DNA of 63,699 nucleotides, filler included. It is 6 parts of 6 records of this genome, joined end to end, with 100 filler letters (N's around TTAATTAATTAA, not from the genome) between each part and the next. Parts side by side here need not be neighbours in the genome. Positions count along the whole stretch, not along the records: positions 48,694 to 57,508 come from DRR723986_5971; positions 57,609 to 63,699 come from DRR723986_6188; 4 more parts are not named here. One strand, given 5' to 3'. The position numbers were made by a program, and so were the translations under genes. This document shows positions 49,572 through 57,632 of this stretch, piece by piece. The notes below the pieces were generated by a model. It was not told the origin of the DNA. It ran no database searches and saw only the letters and a program-made list of their open reading frames with translations. The first letter of the stretch is position 1; every line of letters begins with the position of its first letter.

Positions 49572-50819
49572 ATGACTTGTTTGCGTACTATGGTGTTGGT
49601 CTTGGCAATCAGCCTGATGACCACCAGCTCTGGCATCGCACAGGATCAGTCAGCCCGTCCTGCGAAAGTGGCCGAGATTACCGTGACGGATGCTACGATC
49701 TCCCGAACATATCCAGCCACTGTTCTCCCCTCCCGCGAGATCGAGTTGTCATTCAAAGTGTCTGGTCAGGTGGTGGAGCTCCCGGTGCGGGGTGGAGGGG
49801 ATGTCAAAACTGGCGATGTCATCGCGCAGATCGAGACCCGCGATTTCACTAATCAAATCAAGGCGCTGCAAAGCCAGCGCGATCAAGCACTGGCGCAACT
49901 GGAAGCGCTGAAGGCCGGCGCACGGGCAGAAGAAATCACCGCGCTGGAAGCCGCCGTCGCATCCGCTCAAGCGCAGGTTGACCAGACACGTGATGCGCTG
50001 ACCCGTGCTGAAACACTTCTGGAACGCGGCGTTGCGACCCGTGCGCAAGTAGAGGGGGCTCAAGCCGAGTTCCGCGTCGCAGAAGCGAACTTGCGCGCCC
50101 AGCAGGAACAGTTGCGCATCGGTCAATCAGGGGGTCGGGCCGAGGATGTTGCCGCCTCCGAAGCCGTGGTTCGGGGGATCGAGACCCAAATCAAGATCGC
50201 GCAGGATTCTCTTGCAGATACAACGCTGGTTGCGCCTTTTGACGGTATCATCGCCCGGCGCGACATAGAGAATTTCACCAATGTCAGCGCCGGTCAGAGC
50301 ATCGCTTTGCTTCAGGGGCTTGATGTCGTGCATCTGGCATTTGACATACCCGGGCCTGATGTCACTCAACTAACCCGCAACGGCCCGGGTGAGATCACCA
50401 ATGTTGCATCATTTGATGCGCTCCCCGGTCAGGATTTCGAGGCCGAGGTTGTAGAGTTTTCCGTACAAGCGGACAGCGCAACGCAAACCTACCGAGGTCG
50501 CGTGGCAGTAGAAGTGCCTGAGGGTGCAGTAATCCTGCCGGGAATGGTCGCCAATGTGGTGGCATCGACAGAAGGCGAAGGCGCAGAGGTGGTTGCTCCG
50601 CTCTCGGCCATTGCATCTTTGCCAGATGGCAACCCTTTCGTATGGTTGGTCGATGGCAGCGGTAGGGTTTCTGAAAAGGGTGTCATGCTTGGTGAGGCGC
50701 GTGGCAGCGATGTTGTTGTTACTGATGGCCTGTCGGAAGGTGATCTGGTGGTCGCAGCGGGTGTCAGCGAGATTTTTAATGGAATGACGATCCGACCCAT
50801 TCGCCAAGTGGGGAACTGA
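49572..50819 (+). CDS. RND efflux membrane fusion protein
   Basis: LSFKVSGQV lipoyl half-motif, long coiled coil, LVAPFDGII, TQTYRG, LPGM. Confidence 0.92.
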   Translation: MTCLRTMVLVLAISLMTTSSGIAQDQSARPAKVAEITVTDATISRTYPATVLPSREIELSFKVSGQVVELPVRGGGDVKTGDVIAQIETRDFTNQIKALQSQRDQALAQLEALKAGARAEEITALEAAVASAQAQVDQTRDALTRAETLLERGVATRAQVEGAQAEFRVAEANLRAQQEQLRIGQSGGRAEDVAASEAVVRGIETQIKIAQDSLADTTLVAPFDGIIARRDIENFTNVSAGQSIALLQGLDVVHLAFDIPGPDVTQLTRNGPGEITNVASFDALPGQDFEAEVVEFSVQADSATQTYRGRVAVEVPEGAVILPGMVANVVASTEGEGAEVVAPLSAIASLPDGNPFVWLVDGSGRVSEKGVMLGEARGSDVVVTDGLSEGDLVVAAGVSEIFNGMTIRPIRQVGN

Positions 50820-50823
50820 GGTG

Positions 50824-53800
50824 ATGGATCTTGCCCGGTTTGCGCTTGAAAAGCGGCTCATCTCATTTGTTGCGACTTTCTTGATCCTTTTTGCAGGGTA
50901 TTTTGCCTACACGGTGCTGCCGCGCTTTGAGGACCCTGAATTCGTTATCCGTCAGGCTCAGATTGTCACGCCTTATCCCGGTGCTTCTGCTGAAGAAGTG
51001 GCCGAGGAAGTGACGGAAGTCATTGAGAACGCGTTGCAGCAGTTGCAAGGCATTGACGAGGTCCGATCGGTGTCATCGCCTGGTCTCAGCACGGTCACGG
51101 CGGAATTCACGATTGCGTCTACGCCGGACCATCCCGAGTTGAACCAGAAATTCTCCCAGATGCGATCAAAGATCTTGGATGCGCAATCGGCATTGCCGCC
51201 GAATGCCCGTGAAAGCCAAGTTTACGATGATTTTGGGGACGTCTACGCACAATATTACGCCATCGTGGGCGACGGGTTCACCATCTCGGATCTATACGAA
51301 TACGCCAAGGATCTGCAGCGTGAATTGGTGACCGTCGACGGTGTCTCGAAGGTGGTGCTTAACGGTGTTCAAGAACAGGTCATATACGTCGAATACACGC
51401 CCGCGCGCCTGACCGAACTGGGACTCACGCCGGGGCAAATCCAGCAATTACTGGAAGGCCAGAACCTGGTGACCCCGGCGGGTTCCATCACGGCAGGCTC
51501 TGCCCGCTTATCCGTCCGGCCGGAAAGTGCTGTTGGCTCTCTCGAAGCCATTGAGGCGCTGCTGATAACCAACACGCAAACCGGGACATCCTTTCGACTG
51601 GGCGATATCGCGACGGTCTATCGCGGGCTCAAAGAACCGGCGTCGTCCCTGCTCTACCGCGACGGACAGCAGGCGATTGGGCTCGGCATTTCCAATACAC
51701 TTGGCGGCAATGTGGTGAATATGGCCGATGCTGTGAACGCACGGATCGCCGAGCTTGAGAAGGATCGCCCGATTGGCATTCATGTCCTGCCGATCTCTGA
51801 TCAGGGGGAGAGTGTGAGGGCCTCCGTTGATGATTTTGTCGTGAACGTTGTTGTCGCGCTGGCCATCGTGGTTGGCACTTTGCTGATCTTCATGGGGTTG
51901 CGTTCCGGAGTGCTGATGGGAGGTATTCTGCTGGTCACGGTCTCAGGAACGCTGATGGGCATGTACCTTTATGGTCTCGACATGCAGCGAATATCGCTTG
52001 GGGCTTTGATCATCGCACTGGGAATGCTGGTGGACAATGCCATCGTCGTCGTTGAAGGCACGCTGGTGCGCGTACAACGGGGTGAGGATGCGTCAGAAGC
52101 ATCGCGCGCAGTTGTCAGACAGACGATGTGGCCGCTTCTTGGGGGGACGATTGTCGGCATTCTTGCCTTCTCCCCCATCGGTTTTTCACCGGACAATACT
52201 GGTGAATATGCGGGCAGCCTGTTTTGGACAATTGCCATTGCATTGCTGTTCTCCTGGCTCGTGGCAATCTGGCTGACACCCTATTACTGCACTTTGCTGC
52301 TCAAGGCCGGTCGCGCCGATTTAGTGAAGCGTGAAAACCCAATGCTTGGTGCCTATCGCCGTCTTTTGGGACTTGCCATTCGTGTGCGCTGGATCACTGT
52401 CGCTTTGGCTGTCGCGCTCTTTGTCTCTGCCGTCGCGTTGTTCAGCGCAGTTCCACCCGGGTTTTTCCCATCCTCCACCCGGGAGCAGTTCGTGATTGAC
52501 TATTTTCTGCCACAGGGCGCGGACATCTCGCAAACCGAGGCCGATCTGCAGGAAATCGCAGAGTTTGCACGCGGGCTGGACGGGGTGACCGGGACCAACT
52601 CGGTTGTTGGTGGCGGTCATCTGCGTTTCATGCTGATTTACGAATCCGAAAACAACAACCCTGCCTATGGTCAGATTCTGGTGGATGTCGAAGATTTCTC
52701 CATCATCGAAAACCTGCGGGCGACACTACAAAACCACATTGACGAAACCTACCCAGAGGCCAACGCGAAGGTTTGGAATTTCGTGCTTGGCCCCGGCGGA
52801 GGTTCCAAGGTTGAGGCACGGTTCTTCGGGCCTGACGCCGCAGTGCTCAGATCACTCGCAGGCAAGGCCAAAGCCATCATGGCAGAGGCCGGGGCCGTTG
52901 CCGTCAAGGACGATTGGCGCGAGCAAGTGAAGGTCGTCCGACCGGTTCTTGATATCAACAACGCGCGCAGGCTGGGCCTGACACAGGGCGAAATTTCCAA
53001 TGCGATCTATGGCCATCTGACCGGGACGACACTGGGCGTCTACCGCGAGGCGGATGAACTTCGCAATATTGTCATGCGCCCAATCAAGGCAGCTCGCAAC
53101 GATATCGGCCAGCTGCGCAACATCCAGGTCTTCAGTCAGACGGCGGGCGGTTACATTCCGATCAACCAAGTGGTCGAGCGGTTTGACATTGTTTTTGAGG
53201 CCGGAAACTTGCGCCGGATCGACCGCAAGCTTGCCATAACGGCACAGGCAGACAACGCGCCGGGCGTCCTGTCCGGTGATCTCTTCGATGCAGTGCGTAC
53301 GCCTATCGAGGCGATTGACTTGCCACCGGGTTACAGTTTCGAGTGGAAAGGCGAATTCGGCAATAGCGCAGAGGCCAACGCCGGTCTGGCATCCACCATG
53401 CCCCTTGGTTTTGGCGCGATGTTCATTGTGGTCCTATTCCTCTTCAATGCATGGCGGCAAACGATCATTATCTGGCTTGTGGTGCCCCTGTCGCTGATCG
53501 GTGTGATCTATGGCCTTGCAGGGACTCAAACCCCATTAGAGTTCATGGCCATTCTGGGGATCTTGTCGCTGACCGGGATGTTGATCAAAAACGGAATCGT
53601 TCTAATCGACGAAACAGACAGCCAGATTGAGGCAGGCAAAGCCCGCATGGGTGCCATCGTTGATGCGGCTGTCAGCCGCGTCCGACCGGTATCATTGGGG
53701 GTGCTGACAACCGTCCTTGGGGTTGTGCCACTGCTGTGGGACCCGTTCTTCAAGTCGCTCGCTGTCGTGATCATTTGCGGCCTAAGCTTTGCGACCATAC

Positions 53801-53877
53801 TGACGCTAATTGTCGTGCCGACACTTTATGCAATCTTCTTTCGTGTGAACCAAAGCGAGACCGGAGGAGAAGCCTGA
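50824..53877 (+). CDS. RND efflux permease (AcrB/AcrD/AcrF family)
   Basis: EDPEF, YPGASAEEV, ALGMLVDNAIVVVE, GMLIKNGIVL, SRVRPV. Confidence 0.95.
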   Translation: MDLARFALEKRLISFVATFLILFAGYFAYTVLPRFEDPEFVIRQAQIVTPYPGASAEEVAEEVTEVIENALQQLQGIDEVRSVSSPGLSTVTAEFTIASTPDHPELNQKFSQMRSKILDAQSALPPNARESQVYDDFGDVYAQYYAIVGDGFTISDLYEYAKDLQRELVTVDGVSKVVLNGVQEQVIYVEYTPARLTELGLTPGQIQQLLEGQNLVTPAGSITAGSARLSVRPESAVGSLEAIEALLITNTQTGTSFRLGDIATVYRGLKEPASSLLYRDGQQAIGLGISNTLGGNVVNMADAVNARIAELEKDRPIGIHVLPISDQGESVRASVDDFVVNVVVALAIVVGTLLIFMGLRSGVLMGGILLVTVSGTLMGMYLYGLDMQRISLGALIIALGMLVDNAIVVVEGTLVRVQRGEDASEASRAVVRQTMWPLLGGTIVGILAFSPIGFSPDNTGEYAGSLFWTIAIALLFSWLVAIWLTPYYCTLLLKAGRADLVKRENPMLGAYRRLLGLAIRVRWITVALAVALFVSAVALFSAVPPGFFPSSTREQFVIDYFLPQGADISQTEADLQEIAEFARGLDGVTGTNSVVGGGHLRFMLIYESENNNPAYGQILVDVEDFSIIENLRATLQNHIDETYPEANAKVWNFVLGPGGGSKVEARFFGPDAAVLRSLAGKAKAIMAEAGAVAVKDDWREQVKVVRPVLDINNARRLGLTQGEISNAIYGHLTGTTLGVYREADELRNIVMRPIKAARNDIGQLRNIQVFSQTAGGYIPINQVVERFDIVFEAGNLRRIDRKLAITAQADNAPGVLSGDLFDAVRTPIEAIDLPPGYSFEWKGEFGNSAEANAGLASTMPLGFGAMFIVVLFLFNAWRQTIIIWLVVPLSLIGVIYGLAGTQTPLEFMAILGILSLTGMLIKNGIVLIDETDSQIEAGKARMGAIVDAAVSRVRPVSLGVLTTVLGVVPLLWDPFFKSLAVVIICGLSFATILTLIVVPTLYAIFFRVNQSETGGEA

Positions 53878-53916
53878 CTAGGAACACTTGAGTTTCCGGC
53901 CAGCATTTCTGTCACG

Positions 53917-54036
53917 TCGAGCGCAATTCCGACTGCGATCGCCAATACGTCGTCAGTCACAAAAAGGTATGGCCCTGCGCTATTGGCATTCATCGTCTTG
54001 CCACTTGTATCTGCCTTGTTCGTAGATCTCGCCACT
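53917..54036 (+). pseudogene. Degraded C-terminal fragment of a sodium/glutamate symporter (GltS family)
   Basis: Hand translation SSAIPTAIANTSSVTKRYGPALLAFIVLPLVSALFVDLA resembles the GltS C-terminal GATPTAIANM..VT..YGP...AF..LPLV..FF.DL; no start codon or N-terminal region. Confidence 0.65.
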
Positions 54037-54115
54037 ATTTGGCTCTTTGTGTCACATGAATGGGCGTCCATGTATTTACAGATACAATGAATGCGGTACT
54101 GGAGATTTTATCCCC

Positions 54116-54131
54116 GCAGAGAATGTCGGCT
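54116..54131 (-). repeat. Right copy of an imperfect 16-bp inverted repeat (partner at 48981-48996)
   Basis: GCAGAGAATGTCGGCT; related GCGGACTTT-type motif at 54168-54176. Confidence 0.5.
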
Positions 54132-54259
54132 GTGTGTTCTGCAAATGCAGAAAAGGTAAGGCGGAGTAAAGTCCGCAATGGGCCGTGCGAAACAGCGTCA
54201 GCCAAATGGAACTACAGAACTCTCCGTCGCCGTCGTCACTACGGTGGCGTTATTGTATT

Positions 54260-55408
54260 TCAATAGCCACCGAACTGCTCAACTCGGATGCTGGCGGCAT
54301 CGACACCTGCCGATGTCAGCATCTCAGACATTGCAGAGACAAACTTACCGGGGCCAACGCAGTAATAGATCGGGGTTTTCGTATCATTCAAATGACGAGC
54401 AAGCATCGCGGCGTTGATGTATCCCGTCTCACCCTGCCAATCGTCACCATCTTGCAGGTCTGTCATCGTCGCGACTAGCGCGAACTCTGGATTGGTTGTG
54501 TCGAGTTTTTGCAGCTCCTCCAGCATCGCTGCATCGGCGGGGCTGCGGTTGGAATAGAACAGAGTTGTTTGGGCGAGGCCGTTTCTGTGGTCCGCGTCGC
54601 GGAGCATGGAAAGAAACGGGGTGATTCCGATGCCACCAGCCAGAAACACGGTCGGGCGGGGCTGGTCGGCGTCTTTCGTGAAGCTGCCCAGTGGTCCCGC
54701 GATCCGCAGCTCGGAGCCATCGGACATTGATTTCAGTGCTTGTTTGAAGGTGCTGCTGTCGCGCAAACGGGTGACCACTTGAAGGCTGGGCTTATGAGGC
54801 GCACTTGCGATGGAGAACACCCGTGCTTCCCCCGCGCCGTTGGGAGCACCGGAAGGGATGGTCAGCCGGATGGCCTGTCCCGGCTCGAATGAGAACCCGG
54901 CGGGCTTCGTAAAGCGGATGGCCAGCGTGTCATTTGCAATCATCTCGCGTTCAAGGATTGAGACCGTCGCGGCGGGGCTTGTCCGACCGGTCAGTTTCAG
55001 CCCATCCCGCATGTTCAGCCCCATCAGCGTGAGGTTCGTGGCCCCTGCGATCAATTCGATACCTTGCAGCACGTAGAACATCGTATCGAAGGTCCCGGCG
55101 GAGGCTTTGGCTTCCAGAATTAAGGCCATTGGCAGAAGGATCAGAAGCCCGTTGGCCGCGATGATCGGCATCCGCTTTTGTTTTGCGGATACGAGTTTCT
55201 CGGACCTGCCGCTGCCTAGTGACATGCCCGAGCCACCGACGATGGCCATGGCGGGTATCAGGATGAACATGCCCGACATGATCCAGCCCTTAACAGAGGC
55301 GATTGTCTCATGTGAGCCGAATAATTCGGACACAATGGTCGAAGTCCAAAAGAGCAGAATCATCAACAGGCCGATGGCGCCTGCAATGGCGTGAATGCGG
55401 GTTTTCAT
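54260..55408 (-). CDS. Four-TM membrane domain fused to an FNR-like FAD/NAD(P)H oxidoreductase
   Basis: N-terminal ~140 aa hydrophobic; then FEPGQ, RVFSIAS, GPLGSF, AGGIGITP, YCVGP, EQFGGY. Confidence 0.85.
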   Translation of the reverse strand: MKTRIHAIAGAIGLLMILLFWTSTIVSELFGSHETIASVKGWIMSGMFILIPAMAIVGGSGMSLGSGRSEKLVSAKQKRMPIIAANGLLILLPMALILEAKASAGTFDTMFYVLQGIELIAGATNLTLMGLNMRDGLKLTGRTSPAATVSILEREMIANDTLAIRFTKPAGFSFEPGQAIRLTIPSGAPNGAGEARVFSIASAPHKPSLQVVTRLRDSSTFKQALKSMSDGSELRIAGPLGSFTKDADQPRPTVFLAGGIGITPFLSMLRDADHRNGLAQTTLFYSNRSPADAAMLEELQKLDTTNPEFALVATMTDLQDGDDWQGETGYINAAMLARHLNDTKTPIYYCVGPGKFVSAMSEMLTSAGVDAASIRVEQFGGY

Positions 55409-55441
55409 AGGGAAGTCCTCCTGTGAATGAGTGGCGGAGTG

Positions 55442-55888
55442 TCAGGCCTGGATCGCGATGCAACCGAAGACGGCGGCGGCCATGCCAAAGCCGATCCGGA
55501 AGTAGTGGATCGTTAACCACTGGTTCAGCTTTGCAGCGCCAGTTGCTGCATCCATTGTGCCGCTGGCAAACGCTGTGTTGGTTGGGACGAAGAACGCGAA
55601 AGTCAGGACGGCGACCACGAGGATGCAAGCCGCGCTGAGCAGCCAGTACTTCAGCTCTGGTTGGCCCCATGAAAGGTAAACTGATCCGATCAGGCCGATC
55701 AAAGTCGGCATGAAGATCAGTGGGATGGAACGGTAGACGAATTGGTTGTTGGCTGCGAACCAGTTGAGGAAGTCCTGCGTGGGCAGGCTGCGCCAGTACC
55801 CGCCAAGCGTGACGCCGATGCTGAGCATGACACCTGCAAAGCCAGCGGCACCACAGATGGTCAGAATATTGAATACTACATTGATCAT
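55442..55888 (-). CDS. DUF1772 / anthrone oxygenase-like membrane protein
   Basis: Four TMs, FFVPTN and QWLTIHYFR motifs; ATGA overlap with the cytochrome b gene. Confidence 0.75.
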   Translation of the reverse strand: MINVVFNILTICGAAGFAGVMLSIGVTLGGYWRSLPTQDFLNWFAANNQFVYRSIPLIFMPTLIGLIGSVYLSWGQPELKYWLLSAACILVVAVLTFAFFVPTNTAFASGTMDAATGAAKLNQWLTIHYFRIGFGMAAAVFGCIAIQA

Positions 55889-56436
55889 AATCTGGCTCCT
55901 TTTTCGTGAGAGCCGAACCACATGCGCCAGATCAGCCCGTCTTTCTTGATGAAGTGGTGGTAGAGCGCGGCACCCGCATGGAGCACGAAGAGCGCCACCA
56001 TCAGCCGTGCGCCAAGCCCATGTGGGATACGGAGCAGGACTTCAGAGAAATCGGGCAAGGGTGCCGCGCTTGCGCCAAAAAGGATGTCGCCCGCACCCGA
56101 GAGGGCGATGATGCCGATCCCGCTTACGGCCATCCCGAGGATAACAATGTAGAACAGGACATGGATGAGCTTGGCAGACAGCGTCTGCCAAGCGGGATGT
56201 CCTGCGACCGGCCGGGGTTTCTGATCGACCCGCCACCACCAGAACAGGCGCAGTAGTGTCAGTAACAGGATCACTACGCCGAGCGGCAGATGGAACGTCA
56301 GCACCGCTTCCTTGGCCGCGCTATCCGTCATGGATGCCGCCCGGAAACCGGACCCGAGCATCGCAAGTATGAAGATCGCGCTCAGCCAATGAATTGTGAC
56401 TGCGACCGATCCATATTGGGTTGGGGAGCTCTTCAT
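55885..56436 (-). CDS. Cytochrome b561 (CybB/YceJ-like)
   Basis: IHWLSA, FHLPLG...LLRLFW, IHVLFY, PHG...LHAGAALYHH heme-ligand pattern. Confidence 0.9.
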   Translation of the reverse strand: MKSSPTQYGSVAVTIHWLSAIFILAMLGSGFRAASMTDSAAKEAVLTFHLPLGVVILLLTLLRLFWWWRVDQKPRPVAGHPAWQTLSAKLIHVLFYIVILGMAVSGIGIIALSGAGDILFGASAAPLPDFSEVLLRIPHGLGARLMVALFVLHAGAALYHHFIKKDGLIWRMWFGSHEKGARL

Positions 56437-56466
56437 GAAGTCGCCTCCTAAGTCTCGGAGCCAGAC

Positions 56467-56952
56467 CTATTGGCCCGTGATCGCCGCGCGGTAGGCAAGG
56501 TTGATCACATAGCCGCTGAGGAACTCGTTCCTCGTCAGGAAAGCGTCATCGTCGGTGTCGGCGCGCCTGAAATCCCAAACCATCGATTTGTGGTATTCTT
56601 GACGTCCAATCTCGCCGTCTCCGTCATGATCCCAAATCGCAAACAGTATTTTTTGTGCGGTCTCATAGGCGCGCTCTTGTCCTTCATCCTCAGCAATGAA
56701 GTTGAAGCCGAAGTCCCAATCTGTGAATTCGCCCAGATCGACAGAGCCGTCCTTGTCGTAGTCCATGGACACAAAGATATCTTGGCCGAAGTTGACGAAC
56801 TCACCCATATCGGCTGCGCCCTCCGGGTTGTCTTCCATAGAACCGAAAATCAATTCAGCTAGTTCTCGCCCTGGGGTCGGCGCTTCTGATTGAGCAATTG
56901 CCGCGATGGGAAGAGCCAGAATTAGTGAACAGGTTGCTGTCAGCGTTTTCAT
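56467..56952 (-). CDS. Secreted EF-hand-like Ca2+-binding protein
   Basis: Signal peptide; loops DYDKDGSVDLGEF, DHDGDGEIGRQEY, DTDDDAFLTRNEF. Confidence 0.8.
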   Translation of the reverse strand: MKTLTATCSLILALPIAAIAQSEAPTPGRELAELIFGSMEDNPEGAADMGEFVNFGQDIFVSMDYDKDGSVDLGEFTDWDFGFNFIAEDEGQERAYETAQKILFAIWDHDGDGEIGRQEYHKSMVWDFRRADTDDDAFLTRNEFLSGYVINLAYRAAITGQ

Positions 56953-56979
56953 CTCAATGTCCCTTCTGATTCTATTTGA

Positions 56980-57013
56980 ATAGCAAGCTATATAATATTA
57001 CATAGTTTGCTAT
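56980..57013. promoter_or_regulatory. Putative MarR operator pair
   Basis: ATAGCAAGCTAT (56980) and ATAGTTTGCTAT (57002): each ATAG-N4-CTAT, and inverted relative to each other with one mismatch, in the 80-bp divergent spacer. Confidence 0.65.
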
Positions 57014-57032
57014 GCAATGCTATTTGTGAACT

Positions 57033-57476
57033 ATGGAATTTGATCGCATGAACTCAGCGGGATACCTCGTGAACAACTTGGCCCGTTTGCTTGTGGAGGT
57101 ACTTCGCAAGCGTATCGCCCCCCTGGGCATCGTGCCCGGCCAGTTTCCGACGCTGCTTGCTTTGTGGGAAAAGGATGGCCTGACCCAGAAAGAACTTCTT
57201 GTTTTGGTCGATATCGAACAGGCCACTCTTGCCAACACGCTGACGCGGATGGAGAGGGATGGTCTCATCACCCGCAAAGAACACCCGGCAGATGCGCGCG
57301 CGCGCACGATCCACCTTACCGAGCAAGGGCGGTCAATTCGTAACGAGGCCTACCGGACTGCTATGCAGATTAATGAAGAAATCATGGCCGATCTTTCCGA
57401 CGATGAGACCGAGGCATTCCTGGGCTATATGCGCCGCGTCATTGGAAGGATCAAAGAGGTGGAAGCTACATCGTAG
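57033..57476 (+). CDS. MarR family transcriptional regulator
   Basis: LWEKDGLTQKEL, IEQATLANTLTRMERDGLI, DARARTIHLTEQG. Confidence 0.93.
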   Translation: MEFDRMNSAGYLVNNLARLLVEVLRKRIAPLGIVPGQFPTLLALWEKDGLTQKELLVLVDIEQATLANTLTRMERDGLITRKEHPADARARTIHLTEQGRSIRNEAYRTAMQINEEIMADLSDDETEAFLGYMRRVIGRIKEVEATS

Positions 57477-57508
57477 CCCATCAGCGCGGAACTCGTCCGT
57501 TCGTTTCA

Positions 57509-57608
57509 NNNNNNNNNNNNNNNNNNNNNNNNNNNNNNNNNNNNNNNNNNNNTTAATTAATTAANNNNNNNNNNNNNNNNNNNNNNNNNNNNNNNNNNNN
57601 NNNNNNNN
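57509..57608. other. Artificial contig spacer
   Basis: N-run + TTAATTAATTAA + N-run. Confidence 0.98.
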
Positions 57609-57632
57609 GGCGACGGCGACGGCGACGGCGAC
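57609..57632 (+). repeat. (GGCGAC)4 coding microsatellite (Gly-Asp) at the contig start
   Basis: Direct reading. Confidence 0.85.
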
